DNA from: an uncultured Gemmatimonadales bacterium
GTDB taxonomy: Bacteria; Gemmatimonadota; Gemmatimonadetes; Longimicrobiales; RSA9
Reading direction: 5' to 3'
Length of the DNA: 64,000 bases
NCBI GenBank assembly: GCA_963783305.1
Contig: CAWAMW010000006.1
Span: 96,001 to 160,000, forward strand
Below, piece by piece: positions 40,787-50,958 of the stretch; position 1 is the stretch's first letter; each line of letters starts with the position of its first letter. Both the position numbers and the translations under genes were made by a program. The notes under the pieces were generated by a model that saw nothing but the letters and a program-made list of their open reading frames with translations, ran no database searches and had not been told where the DNA came from.

Positions 40787-41575
40787 TCAGCCTCCGAAGC
40801 GGGGCGCGCGCTTCTCCATGAAGGCGCGGATGCCCTCGGCAAAAGCGGGATTTTCGAAGGCGCGGACCTGCGCGGCGGCCTCCATCTCCAGGATCTCGTC
40901 CAGGTCCGCAGCGAGACTGCGCCGCAGCGTCCGCTTGGCATCGGCGATGACGTGGGGTGGGCCGCCGGCGATCTGGCCGGCGAGCCCCCGCACGGTGGCC
41001 TCGAGGTCGTCGGCGGGGACCACGCGGTTGACCAGGCCCAGCCGCTCCGCCCGCTTCGCGTTGATCATTCCGCCAGTGAAGACCAGTTCGGCGGCCAGCG
41101 CGGAGCCGATGAGGCGCGGCAGGAAGTACGCGCCGCCCCAGTCGGGGTGGAGGCCGACGCGGGTGAAGGTGAGCCCGATGCTCGCGTGCCGGCTGGCAAT
41201 CCGGATGTCGCAGGCCAGCGCCAGTGAAGCCCCGGCTCCGGCCGCGGCGCCATTGAGCGCCGCAATGACCGGTTTGTCCATCTGGTCGATCCGGCGCACG
41301 ATACGCATTCCCGTGCGCACCAGCTCCTCGAATCGGCCGGCGTCTCCGGATTCCGCCAGCTCGGACATGTACTGGACGTCGCCTCCGGTGGAGAAGGCGC
41401 GGCCGGATCCGGTGATCGCGACGCAGCGAATCTGGCGATCCGCATCGAGGTCCATGAGCGCCTGGTCCAGCCGGTCGCGCATGTCGCCGGCGAACGCGTT
41501 CAGGCGCTCGGGCCGATGTAGCCTGATCCACCCGAGGTTCCCATCCCGCTCGACCCGGATCGTATCCTCGCTCAT
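40787..41575 (-). CDS. enoyl-CoA hydratase/isomerase (PaaG-like)
   Basis: [36 protein letters not shown] (Asp-type isomerase signature). Confidence 0.88.
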   Translation of the reverse strand: MSEDTIRVERDGNLGWIRLHRPERLNAFAGDMRDRLDQALMDLDADRQIRCVAITGSGRAFSTGGDVQYMSELAESGDAGRFEELVRTGMRIVRRIDQMDKPVIAALNGAAAGAGASLALACDIRIASRHASIGLTFTRVGLHPDWGGAYFLPRLIGSALAAELVFTGGMINAKRAERLGLVNRVVPADDLEATVRGLAGQIAGGPPHVIADAKRTLRRSLAADLDEILEMEAAAQVRAFENPAFAEGIRAFMEKRAPRFGG

Positions 41576-42783
41576 GCTCCCTCCACTTCTATCAGCGTGG
41601 CAATGCCCTGACCGACCCCGATGCACATCGTGGCGAGGCCGATCCCCCCACCCCTGCGCCTCAGCTCGTGGATCAGCGTGGTCAGGATGCGCGCCCCGGA
41701 GCAGCCCAGAGGGTGCCCGAGGGCGATCGCGCCGCCATTCACATTTACGATTTCGGGGTCCAGCCCCAGTTCCTCGATGCAGGCGATGCTCTGCGCCGCG
41801 AACGCCTCGTTCAGCTCCACCAGGCTCACCTGGTCGATGCCGATGCCCGCGCGCTCCAGTGCTTTGCGCGTGGCCGGCACCGGCCCCAGCCCCATGCAGT
41901 GCGGCTCCACCCCCGCCACGGCGCTCGCCAGGTAACGCGCCATGGGGCGCACACCGAGCCGCTCGGCCGCACCACGCGACGTGACCAGCAGCGCGGCGGC
42001 GCCATCGTTGAGACCCGACGCGTTGCCGGCCGTCACGGTCCCCGCTTTCCGGAACACGGGTCGAAGGGCGCTCAGCTTCTCCATCGTGGTGTCAGGCCTC
42101 GGATGCTCGTCCTCCCGCACAACCGAGGGCGGCCCCTTCCGACCCGGCACTTCCACCGGCACGATCTCGTCCTTGAAGCGACCGGACTCCATGGCGATGG
42201 CCGCTCGCCGCTGGCTTTCCAGCGCGAACGCGTCCTGCGCTTCACGCGAGATCCCGCGGTCGTCCGCCACATTCTCGGCGGTGACCCCCAGTCCCACCGT
42301 CCACTGATCTGGGAACTCGGGGTTCACGAAGCGCCAGCCGAGCACGGTGTCCGCGGTCTCCGGCGCGCCGCGCGGATACGCGGAATCGGGCTTCAGCATG
42401 ACCCAGGGCGCGCGGCTCATGGACTCCACGCCTCCCGCCACGAACACCTCACCCTCGCCCAGCAGAGTGGCATGGCACGCGGAGATCACCGCCTGCAGGC
42501 CCGACCCGCACAGTCGGTTCACCGTCTGGCCTGCGACCTCGACGGGGTAGCCCGCCAGCAGCGCCGACATGCGCGCCACGTTACGGTTGTCTTCCCCCGC
42601 CTGGTTCGCACAGCCGAGGATCACGTCCTCCACCTCTCCCGCCGAGAGCCCCGTCCGCTCCAGGATCGCCCGGAGCGGGATAGCGCCCAGGTCGTCCGGG
42701 CGCACGGAGGCCAGGGCTCCGCCATGTCGGCCGACCGGGGTCCGGACGGCGTCGAGGATGACCGCGTCTCGTGGTGCGCTCAT
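41572..42783 (-). CDS. thiolase (3-oxoadipyl-CoA thiolase PaaJ/PcaF-like)
   Basis: [41 protein letters not shown]. Confidence 0.92.
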   Translation of the reverse strand: MSAPRDAVILDAVRTPVGRHGGALASVRPDDLGAIPLRAILERTGLSAGEVEDVILGCANQAGEDNRNVARMSALLAGYPVEVAGQTVNRLCGSGLQAVISACHATLLGEGEVFVAGGVESMSRAPWVMLKPDSAYPRGAPETADTVLGWRFVNPEFPDQWTVGLGVTAENVADDRGISREAQDAFALESQRRAAIAMESGRFKDEIVPVEVPGRKGPPSVVREDEHPRPDTTMEKLSALRPVFRKAGTVTAGNASGLNDGAAALLVTSRGAAERLGVRPMARYLASAVAGVEPHCMGLGPVPATRKALERAGIGIDQVSLVELNEAFAAQSIACIEELGLDPEIVNVNGGAIALGHPLGCSGARILTTLIHELRRRGGGIGLATMCIGVGQGIATLIEVEGA

Positions 42784-42784
42784 G

Positions 42785-44254
42785 TCAGTGCAGGTCCACC
42801 CAGACGCTCTTGACCTGTGTGTAGAGCTCGAGGGCATGCCGGCCCAGCTCACGGCCGTACCCGGACTGCTTGTAGCCGCCGAATGGGGACGCGGCGTCGA
42901 GGGGGTGGTAGGTGTTGATCCAGACGGTGCCCGCCTGGATACGGGAAGCGACGCGATGGGCGCGCTTCACGTCGGTGGTCCAGAGGGCGGCGGCGAGGCC
43001 GTAGATGGTGTCGTTGGCCAACTCGACCGCGGCGTCCTCGTCCTCGAACGTCAGGGTGGCCAGCACAGGACCGAAGATCTCTTCGCGGGCGATGGTAGAG
43101 TCCGGCCGCACGTGATCGAAGATGGTGGGCTCGAGCCAGTATCCGGCGCCCGCCGACTCCGCCGGCGACCGCCCCCCGCCGGTGAGGACGGTGGCGCCCT
43201 CCTCGCGTCCCTTCTCGATATAACCGAGGACGCGATCGAGCTGCTCCTGCGATATCACGGGACCGTACCGTCGCTTCGGCTCGAGCGATTCGCCCGGCTG
43301 CAGCTTGCCCACCCGCTCCACGAGCCGCTCCATGAACTCGTCGTGGATCGACTCCTGGACCAGGAGTCGCGAGCCGGCGGTGCAGCACTGGCCCGCGTTG
43401 TAGAAAATGCCGTTGAACGCACCCCGCACCGCCGCATCCAGGTCGGCATCTTCGAACACGATGTTCGGCGACTTCCCGCCAAGCTCCAGCGATATCTTCT
43501 TCAGCGTGCTCGCGCCCGCTCGCATGATGCTCTTGCCGACCTCCGTGGAGCCGGTGAACGCGATCTTGTCGACATCCTCGTGCTCCACCAGCGCAGCGCC
43601 CGCGGTCTGGCCGAAGCCCGGCACGATGTTGAGGACTCCGGGCGGGAGTCCCACCTCGTCGGCGATGACGCCCAGCTCGAGCGCCGTCAGCGGCGTCTGC
43701 TCCGCCGGCTTCAGCACCATTGTGTTCCCGCACGCCAGCGCCGGTGCGACCTTCCACGCGGCCATGAGGAGCGGGAAGTTCCATGGGATGATCCCGCCCA
43801 CGACCCCCACAGGTTCCCGCAGCGTGTAGTTGAGCACCCGGCCCCGGACGGGGATCGTCTCGCCCTCCAGCTTCGAGGCCCACCCCGCATAGTAGCGGAA
43901 CGCGTCGGCCGCCTGGGCAATGTCGATCCGCGCCTCCCTCAACGGCTTCCCGTTATCCATGGTTTCGAGCCCGGTCAGCGCTTCCGCCCGCGCCTCGATC
44001 GCGCGCCCCAGCCGCGCCACCACCTCGCCCCGGTCGATGGCGTCCATACGGCGCCAGTCGGAGTCGGGCGCCGCCGCCTTCCGGGCCGCGGCTACGGCCC
44101 GATCGACATCGGCCTTGCGCGCTTCGGCCACCGAGGCGATCACCTCGCCGGTGGCCGGGTTGTGGCTGTCGAAGGTCGCGCCATCCTGCGCGTCGACCCA
44201 TTCTCCGCCGATGTAGAGCTTGTCGGGAGCGTGTCGGAGGTCCGAGGTGGTCAT
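42785..44254 (-). CDS. NAD-dependent aldehyde dehydrogenase
   Basis: PWNFP, KPAEQTP, FTGST, LELGGK, GQCC.AGSR, EEIFGP. Confidence 0.95.
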   Translation of the reverse strand: MTTSDLRHAPDKLYIGGEWVDAQDGATFDSHNPATGEVIASVAEARKADVDRAVAAARKAAAPDSDWRRMDAIDRGEVVARLGRAIEARAEALTGLETMDNGKPLREARIDIAQAADAFRYYAGWASKLEGETIPVRGRVLNYTLREPVGVVGGIIPWNFPLLMAAWKVAPALACGNTMVLKPAEQTPLTALELGVIADEVGLPPGVLNIVPGFGQTAGAALVEHEDVDKIAFTGSTEVGKSIMRAGASTLKKISLELGGKSPNIVFEDADLDAAVRGAFNGIFYNAGQCCTAGSRLLVQESIHDEFMERLVERVGKLQPGESLEPKRRYGPVISQEQLDRVLGYIEKGREEGATVLTGGGRSPAESAGAGYWLEPTIFDHVRPDSTIAREEIFGPVLATLTFEDEDAAVELANDTIYGLAAALWTTDVKRAHRVASRIQAGTVWINTYHPLDAASPFGGYKQSGYGRELGRHALELYTQVKSVWVDLH

Positions 44255-44386
44255 GGAGTCAGGAGTAGGAGTAGGAGTCAGGAGTAGGAGTCAGGAGTAG
44301 GAGTCAGGAGTAGGAGTCAGGAGTAGGAGTCAGGAGGGGAGCAGGGGTGCCTTGCCTCCTGCCTCCTGCCTCCTGACTCCTGCCTC
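44255..44386. repeat. two mutually complementary short tandem repeat tracts
   Basis: 44255-44336: AGGAGT/AGGAGTC units, including five exact AGGAGTAGGAGTC copies (44267-44331); 44353-44386: about five TGCCTCC/TGACTCC heptamers. Confidence 0.95.
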
Positions 44387-45229
44387 TTACTTGCCCTTGA
44401 ACTCGGGCTTCCGCTTCTCGATGTAGCTGCGGATCCCTTCCCGTGCATCCCCGCTCTGGAACAGCTGCTGCTGGAGCTCGCGCTCCACGGCCAGCGCCTC
44501 GGCGAGCGGCAGCTCCCAGCCCGTCTGGACCGCCCGCTTGATCATGCCGGCCGCCTTGCCCGCGCCGTTCGGCGGTGCGAAGCCACGGGCGTACTCGAGG
44601 ACCTTGTCCTTGAAGTCATCGCTGGACTCCGCCTCCCACACGTCGTTGACGATGCCGAGATCCTTGGCCTTCTCGAAGTCGAACGTGGCGCCCGTGACCA
44701 TGAGCTCGATGGCCTTCGACTTTCCGACGATCCGAGCCAGCCGCTGCGTGCCGCCCGTCCCGGGCAGCACACCCAGGTTGATCTCCGGCAGCCCGATCTT
44801 CCCGCCGCCCTGGCGCGCGATCCGGATGTCGGCCGCCATGGCGATCTCCAGGCCGCCGCCCACGCAGTGGCCGTTGAGCGCCGCGATCACCAGCTTCGGC
44901 GTCTGCTCCAGCCGCTGCAGCGTCTCGTTCGCGTGGAGGCAGAAGCAGTACTTGAAGCCCGATGTCACTTCGTCGAGCATCTGGATGTTCGCGCCCGCGG
45001 AGAAGAACTTGTCTCCTCCGCCGGTCAGTACGATCACGTGCACGTCGTCCCGCATCCGGGCGCGCAGCACGGCATCGTCGATCTGGCGCATCATGGCGTA
45101 CGTGTAGGTGTTCGCCGGCGGGTCATCGAGGGTGATGACCGCTACGCCATCCTTGGCGCGGAAGTGTACCAGTGTGTCGCTGGCCTTCTTCGCCTCTTCG
45201 TGGGGATCGTTGGCACTGGCGTCCGCCAT
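44387..45229 (-). CDS. enoyl-CoA hydratase/isomerase family protein, first gene of the operon
   Basis: FFSAGANI, FCLHANETL, GHCVGGGLE, GLPE..LGVLPGTGGTQRL; GGAGG RBS. Confidence 0.9.
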   Translation of the reverse strand: MADASANDPHEEAKKASDTLVHFRAKDGVAVITLDDPPANTYTYAMMRQIDDAVLRARMRDDVHVIVLTGGGDKFFSAGANIQMLDEVTSGFKYCFCLHANETLQRLEQTPKLVIAALNGHCVGGGLEIAMAADIRIARQGGGKIGLPEINLGVLPGTGGTQRLARIVGKSKAIELMVTGATFDFEKAKDLGIVNDVWEAESSDDFKDKVLEYARGFAPPNGAGKAAGMIKRAVQTGWELPLAEALAVERELQQQLFQSGDAREGIRSYIEKRKPEFKGK

Positions 45230-45427
45230 TGCTTCGCCTCCGTATGTAGTGCGGAATGTGTGCGGGAAAAGAGCGACGCACCGGTCGGGGGCCGAGGGCG
45301 CATCCACCGCTGGAACAGACGCGTAACCTACGGGACGGCGGAAGCCGCGGTCAACCCCGCTCCGCTTGCCGGATGTCGCTGTCGGGAATAGCTTTCGAGC
45401 ACGATCCAACCCCTGCGAAAGCGGCCC

Positions 45428-46156
45428 GTGCGACACAGGTTCCTCCTGCCCATCATGCTGGCGCTGCCCCTCGCCGTCCTGGGCGCGTGTGGCGATGCCA
45501 TCACAGACCCCGAGGGACTCATCGAGTCCGCCGAGGCGGAGGCCGTAATGCGCTCCGCCGAAGCCCTGCCGCTGCTCTCCGAGTTCCTCGACATGGGCGC
45601 CGACGCGGGACCCCGGCACCGGGCCATGCTCCAGAGCGCGCGTGAGCTGTGGGACGCCGGGACCGCAGGCGACGATCCCCGGGCGGCGGCCCGCCGCCGG
45701 CTGGCAGTGGGGTATGCCCTTCCGGTCCTGCTCGAGGTCGTTCCGCCAGAGGAGTGGACGGCGTCGCGCGAACGGATCGACGCATGGCTGGTCACCGTCA
45801 ACTCCATGATGCAGCACCTGTCCCTGCCGCCGGTGGAGGCCCGAATCGAGGCCGCCCGGCACCAGTTGAGCCGCTCCGATGCGGCCGTGAGCGAGCGCAG
45901 TCGCGCCTACCACCTGCTCCTGGCCGGCTCAGAGCTGGTGGAGACCACGCCCCGCTACGTCGCCCGCACGATGGTGCTGGATGCGGCGCGGGCGGTGGCT
46001 CGCGCGTCCGAGGTGACGGCCGATCCGATCCAGGCAACGACGCTGCGACGTGCGCAGCGTTTGAAAGACTGGTCGGCTACCGCCGTAGAGGAGGGTGAGT
46101 ACCTGCTCGCGATTCAGCGCGCGTACTACGCCATTCAACTGGTGGAGGAGCGATGA
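45428..46156 (+). CDS. hypothetical helical lipoprotein
   Basis: Lipobox LGAC; overlaps the nfeD start (ATGA). Confidence 0.7.
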   Translation: MRHRFLLPIMLALPLAVLGACGDAITDPEGLIESAEAEAVMRSAEALPLLSEFLDMGADAGPRHRAMLQSARELWDAGTAGDDPRAAARRRLAVGYALPVLLEVVPPEEWTASRERIDAWLVTVNSMMQHLSLPPVEARIEAARHQLSRSDAAVSERSRAYHLLLAGSELVETTPRYVARTMVLDAARAVARASEVTADPIQATTLRRAQRLKDWSATAVEEGEYLLAIQRAYYAIQLVEER

Positions 46157-47613
46157 CACCCGGGAAGCGTGTAACGGCCGGATTCGAGGGCGCGGCGGTG
46201 AGGGGGCGGCGGATGGCGCTGGCCCTGGCGCTGGTTGCGATGGGGACGGCGGCCGGTCTCCTGGCGTGCGCTTCGGAGACCACCGGCCCGGTATCGTCGT
46301 CGGAAGTCTACCTGGTGCCCGTGACCGGTGTGATCGAGCTGGGCATAGCCCCCTTCATTGCGAGGAGTCTGCGGGAGGCGGAGGCCGCGGGTGCGGCGGC
46401 GGTGGTCCTGGAGCTGAACACGCCGGGCGGTCGCGTCGATGCGGCGCAGAACATCGTGGACGCGGTGGAGGGCGCTGAGGTGCCGGTGTACGCATTCGTG
46501 AACCCGCGTGCCTTTTCGGCGGGTGCGATGATCGCGCTCGCGGCGGATCGGGTCTACATGAGGCCGGGTGCGGTGATGGGCGCGGCGACGCCTGTGGGCG
46601 GCGATGGCAGCAAGGCGCCGGAGAAGATCGTGAGCGCCATGCGGAGCGAGATGCGAGCGCTGGCGGAGCGGCGGGGGCTGGATTCCAGGGTCGCCGAGGC
46701 CATGGTCGATGAGAGTATCGCGATAGACGGGGTGGTGGAGGCCGGCAAGCTGCTGACGCTGACCACGGAGGAAGCCGTGAGTGTCGGCTTCGCCCGCACT
46801 GCCGATGATCTCCAGGCGCTGCTCCGGGACGCGGGCATCGAGTCCACGAGCGTGGTGGAGGCCGACGTGAACTGGGCCGAGGCCATCGTCCGGTTCATCA
46901 CGCACCCGGTGGTCTCGCCATTCCTCCTGTCCCTGGGCTTCCTCGGGCTGCTGGTGGAGATCAAGACTCCCACGTTCGGGCTGGCGGGCGCCGCGGGCGC
47001 GACCGCCCTCGCGCTCTTCTTTGGCGGGCACTACCTGGTGGGTCTCGCGGGGATGGAGGAGCTGATCCTTCTTGCCGCCGGCATCGTGCTGCTGGGCATC
47101 GAAGTGTTCATCGTCCCCGGATTCGGCGTCTTCGGGGTATTGGGAATCGGCGGCATGCTGGCGGGTATCTATCTGAGCATGGTGGGGAGTCTCTCCACGG
47201 CCGTCGACTACAACCAGGCGGCGCTCGTTCTCGCCGCCTCCATGCTCATCGTCCTGGTGAGTGTGTGGGCCATCGTGCGCACGCTGCCGGGGAACATGAG
47301 GCTCCGGCGGTCCGGCATCATGCTCGGTGAGGACACCGGCCGTGACGAGGGCTACCTGTCCGCCAGCGTGCGGAGTGAGCTTGTGGGCCAGCAGGGCACC
47401 GCCCTCACGGATCTGCGGCCGGCGGGCGTCGGGGGCTTCGCGGGCGAGCGCGTGGACGTCGTGGCGGAGGAGGGGTGGCTGCCTGCCGGAACGCCGCTCG
47501 AGGTCGTGCGGGCGGACGGCTATCGCCACCTGGTCCGGTCGATCGCGGATCCCGCGGCGGGCGGGGGTCCGGGGAGCGTAGTGCCGGAGCCGGAAACCGA
47601 ATCATCCGAATAA
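46153..47613 (+). CDS. nfeD: NfeD-family membrane serine protease (long form)
   Basis: LNTPGG, AFSAG, GAATP, EKIVS, LLTLT; TM region; C-terminal OB fold (TDLRPAG). Confidence 0.9.
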   Translation: MTPGKRVTAGFEGAAVRGRRMALALALVAMGTAAGLLACASETTGPVSSSEVYLVPVTGVIELGIAPFIARSLREAEAAGAAAVVLELNTPGGRVDAAQNIVDAVEGAEVPVYAFVNPRAFSAGAMIALAADRVYMRPGAVMGAATPVGGDGSKAPEKIVSAMRSEMRALAERRGLDSRVAEAMVDESIAIDGVVEAGKLLTLTTEEAVSVGFARTADDLQALLRDAGIESTSVVEADVNWAEAIVRFITHPVVSPFLLSLGFLGLLVEIKTPTFGLAGAAGATALALFFGGHYLVGLAGMEELILLAAGIVLLGIEVFIVPGFGVFGVLGIGGMLAGIYLSMVGSLSTAVDYNQAALVLAASMLIVLVSVWAIVRTLPGNMRLRRSGIMLGEDTGRDEGYLSASVRSELVGQQGTALTDLRPAGVGGFAGERVDVVAEEGWLPAGTPLEVVRADGYRHLVRSIADPAAGGGPGSVVPEPETESSE

Positions 47614-47672
47614 TGGCGCGTCACCCGACGTCGCCCATTTGCTTCTTCAGAATACCAATGGAGGACTGAGCC

Positions 47673-48671
47673 ATGGAGGGAGCCTTTCTGACCCCGCTGC
47701 TACTGATCGCGGTGGCGCTGGTGGTCATCGTGCTCGTGTGGGCCGTACCCGTTCGGCTGTGGATCGAGGCGGTCTCCGCTGGCGTAAGCGTCGGACTCGG
47801 GGATCTCATCGGCATGCGCCTGCGGAAGGTCAACCCGGCCGGAGTGGTGCGGCCGCTGATCGCGGCGACGAAAGCCGGGCTCGACCTCACCACGCGGCAG
47901 CTGGAGGCGCACTATCTGGCAGGCGGGCACGTGGACCGGGTCGTGAAGGCGCTCATCAGCGCCGACAAGGCCAACATCGAGCTGCCCTTTCAGCAGGCGG
48001 CGGCCATCGACCTCGCCGGTCGTGATGTGCTGGAGGCCGTGAAGGTCTCGGTGAACCCGAAGGTGATCAACACTCCCAAGGTGGCCGCCATGGCCAAGGA
48101 TGGCATCCAGCTGATCGCCATCGCGAGGGTCACGGTGCGCGCGAACATCAACCGCCTCGTGGGCGGAGCCGGTGAGGACACCATCCTGGCGCGCGTAGGG
48201 GAGGGGATCGTTTCCACCATCGGCTCGGCCCAGTCGCACAAGGCCGTGCTCGAGAACCCGGATGGAATCTCGAAGACGGTGCTGAGCAAGGGCCTGGACT
48301 CGGGCACGGCGTACGAGATCCTCTCCATCGATATCGCCGATGTGGATGTGGGCAAGAATATCGGCGCGGAGCTCCAGACGGATCAGGCGGAGGCCGACAA
48401 GCGGATCGCGCAGGCGAAGGCGGAGGAGCGCCGGGCGATGGCCGTTGCCGTGGAGCAGGAGATGAAGGCGAAGGTGGTGGACATGCGCGCCCGGGTGGTG
48501 GAGGCGGAGGCGGAGGTGCCGCGGGCCATGGCCGAGGCCTTCCGGTCGGGCAACCTCGGCATCATGGACTACGTGCGCTACAACAACATGAGAGCCGATA
48601 CCGAGATGCGCTCTGCCATCGCCCGGGAGTCGGAGGAGGACCCGGACCACGGCAACGGGCAGGGGGCGTAG
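47673..48671 (+). CDS. floA: flotillin-like protein FloA (UPF0365)
   Basis: [47 protein letters not shown]. Confidence 0.93.
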   Translation: MEGAFLTPLLLIAVALVVIVLVWAVPVRLWIEAVSAGVSVGLGDLIGMRLRKVNPAGVVRPLIAATKAGLDLTTRQLEAHYLAGGHVDRVVKALISADKANIELPFQQAAAIDLAGRDVLEAVKVSVNPKVINTPKVAAMAKDGIQLIAIARVTVRANINRLVGGAGEDTILARVGEGIVSTIGSAQSHKAVLENPDGISKTVLSKGLDSGTAYEILSIDIADVDVGKNIGAELQTDQAEADKRIAQAKAEERRAMAVAVEQEMKAKVVDMRARVVEAEAEVPRAMAEAFRSGNLGIMDYVRYNNMRADTEMRSAIARESEEDPDHGNGQGA

Positions 48672-48674
48672 CCC

Positions 48675-49391
48675 GTGGACCTCTTCGAGATCCTGTTCGT
48701 CGCCCTCTTCATCCTGTTTCCGATCATGGAGCAGGTCCTGAAGCGGAAGCGAACACCCGGTCCCCCCGGGGACGAGGAGGCGCCGGACCGGCCGGACGAG
48801 GTCGGGCGCAGCGATGGCTCCGAAGGACGGGGTCGGGACTCCGCGCTGCCGCCGGGGCGGGAGCCCGGGAAGGCGTCGGATATGGTGCCCGCCGACCTGT
48901 GGGCGGTGCTCACGGGGGAGCGGAGCTCCACGGCCGGATCCGCCCCGACCTCTGGCGTCGAGCAGGCGGGGGCGGAGAAGCCGCGCCAGGAGCCCGGGCA
49001 GGAGTCGCGGGGAAGGGAAGAGTGGGTGCCCGACGAGGTCGCGTGGTCGCCCGCGCCCGCCCGATCGCGGCGTAGTGGATCGAGCGCTCCCTGGAGCATC
49101 GACGACGACTCCGTGCTCGAGAAGCCGGCGCCTGCGCCCGTCTCGCTGGAGCATTACGGGCCGGAGGCGTACTCGCTGGAACGGCTGGACCAGGAGGCTG
49201 TGTCGCTCGAGCGGCCGGTGCCTTCCGCTGAGGCTCGACACCGGCAGTTTCACGCGCTCGTTGATCGGCCACCGACGCGGCGGCGCGCGCGCCGCAGCTC
49301 TCTGGGCCGCGCGCTCCGCAGTCCGGGTAGTCTGCGCCACGCGTTCGTCCTCACGGAAGTGCTGGGGCCGCCGAAGGGGCTGAATGATTAA
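48675..49391 (+). CDS. YqfB-like disordered protein with N-terminal TM
   Basis: Follows floA; C-terminal LRHAFVLTEVLGPPKGL. Confidence 0.65.
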   Translation: MDLFEILFVALFILFPIMEQVLKRKRTPGPPGDEEAPDRPDEVGRSDGSEGRGRDSALPPGREPGKASDMVPADLWAVLTGERSSTAGSAPTSGVEQAGAEKPRQEPGQESRGREEWVPDEVAWSPAPARSRRSGSSAPWSIDDDSVLEKPAPAPVSLEHYGPEAYSLERLDQEAVSLERPVPSAEARHRQFHALVDRPPTRRRARRSSLGRALRSPGSLRHAFVLTEVLGPPKGLND

Positions 49392-49821
49392 CGATCCCGC
49401 CGAGCCCGTCTGGCGTCTCGTCCGTGTATTCCTCGGCGTCGGCGCCGGGATCGTGGTGCTGTTCGGACTCGTCCTGGTGACCGCCTGGGCCGCAACCATG
49501 GCCGCGGGGTTGGGCCCCGACGATGCCCCCACCAACCCGTATCTCGTCATGAACCTGGCGGGGAACGTCGTGGCCGCGGTCCTCGCCGGGATGGTGGCGG
49601 CGGGGGTCGCTCGAACCATTATCGCCCCCCTCGCCCTCGCCGGGCTGCTCCTTGCCCTGGGTGCCGCGGCCGGCGGACAGGCGGCCGCCGGCCAGCCCGC
49701 CTGGTATCCCGTGGCCGTGACCCTCATGGGCGCCGCGGGTGTGGCGCTGGGCGGGTGGGTGGCGCCGCGCCGCTCGGCCGGGGACACCGCCCCGGACCCT
49801 GCGCCTCACTCCGTCGCCTGA
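49384..49821 (+). CDS. hypothetical four-TM membrane protein
   Basis: Four hydrophobic segments; QPAWY motif. Confidence 0.65.
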   Translation: MINDPAEPVWRLVRVFLGVGAGIVVLFGLVLVTAWAATMAAGLGPDDAPTNPYLVMNLAGNVVAAVLAGMVAAGVARTIIAPLALAGLLLALGAAAGGQAAAGQPAWYPVAVTLMGAAGVALGGWVAPRRSAGDTAPDPAPHSVA

Positions 49822-49918
49822 CTCCGACCCGCCTCCCACACGGGTGCGCCGGGTCTGGCGGCTGGAGCGAGGCGGCCGCAGCCGTTATATTGCGCGCCCG
49901 ATGGACACAGGGTTGGAC

Positions 49919-50001
49919 GCCGGGGTGGTGGAATGGCAGACGCGGCGGACTCAAAATCCGCTGGGGGCAACCCCGTGTGGGTTCGAATCCCACTCCCGGC
50001 A
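49919..50001 (+). tRNA. tRNA-Leu (CAA), CCA end not encoded
   Basis: Acceptor GCCGGGG/TCCCGGC-A; anticodon arm GCGGA-CTCAAAA-TCCGC; long variable arm GGGGCAACCCC; T arm GTGGGTTCGAATCCCAC. Confidence 0.96.
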
Positions 50002-50003
50002 TG

Positions 50004-50043
50004 ACAAAGGGCCACAACGATTTACGTCGTTGTGGCCCTTTGT
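50004..50043 (+). terminator. 17-bp perfect hairpin directly after the tRNA
   Basis: ACAAAGGGCCACAACGA-TTTACG-TCGTTGTGGCCCTTTGT. Confidence 0.75.
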
Positions 50044-50496
50044 TCTGCGGCTGTCGGAATAATGCCGACAGGCCGCTACTCTGGTACAGCCTGGGCCTGT
50101 GCGCGGTCGCAGACCTGCACCCGAGTTGCGGTGAGCGTGCACGTTTCGCCGCGCTGCTCGGCGGAATCCAGTTCGCTCCGTCGTGGAATGTGGTGGAGCC
50201 ATATGTGGGTGTGCAGGTCGGCTTTTCCCGCTATGACGGTCCTGTCGGCGTCAGTAGTGATTTCCTGGCCGCTCCGGGAGCCGGGCTCCGGCTCCGACTC
50301 GGGTCCCTTGGCGGCGCCTATGGGGATGCGTCGTACCTGTTGAACTGGGGGGCGGATTCCCCATCGCCGGTGCTGGCGTTTATCTGAATCTCCGGTCCTT
50401 CTGAGTCAGGATGGACGGACGGGGCGAGACCCTGATCCGCTCGAGGGTTCCAAATGCCTACGTTCCTTTGTCGCACAACCGGAGTAAGCGCACATA

Positions 50497-50898
50497 ATGC
50501 TGGTCCGCACTCGCAGGCAGGAGAGCGATATTCACGGCACCGGACTCTTTGCGGCGGAGCCGATCCCTGCCGGCACCCCCGCCTGGCGGTTCACGCCCGG
50601 CCTGGATCTTACACTGCACCCGGAGACGGTCGGGAAGCTCGACGAAATGCCGCGGGAGTGGCTCATCACGTACGCGTACCTGGACATTCGAACCGGCCTC
50701 TACGTGCTGTGCGCGGATGACGCCCGCTTCATGAACCACTCCAACGATCCGACGGTGGGCGGGGATTGCGAGCAGGAGCCCGTCTTCGGCCTGGACGTGG
50801 CGCTTCGCGATATCGATCCCGGCGAGGAGCTGACGTGCGACTACCGCACGTTCGACAGGATGGACCGGCAGCGCTTACACTTCGAACCGTCGGGCTGA
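50497..50898 (+). CDS. SET-domain protein (lysine methyltransferase-like)
   Basis: IHG.GLFA, ARFMNHS, ALRDI.PGEELTCDY. Confidence 0.88.
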   Translation: MLVRTRRQESDIHGTGLFAAEPIPAGTPAWRFTPGLDLTLHPETVGKLDEMPREWLITYAYLDIRTGLYVLCADDARFMNHSNDPTVGGDCEQEPVFGLDVALRDIDPGEELTCDYRTFDRMDRQRLHFEPSG

Positions 50899-50958
50899 GC
50901 GGGTCAAGTTCCTGCCGCCGCGGCCGACACTTCAATAGCAGACCTGATCAAGGAGCCG

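Noticed and set aside
44255..44386. Repeat tract as a CRISPR array
   Set aside because: Units are 6-13 nt with no unique spacers, and there are no cas genes.
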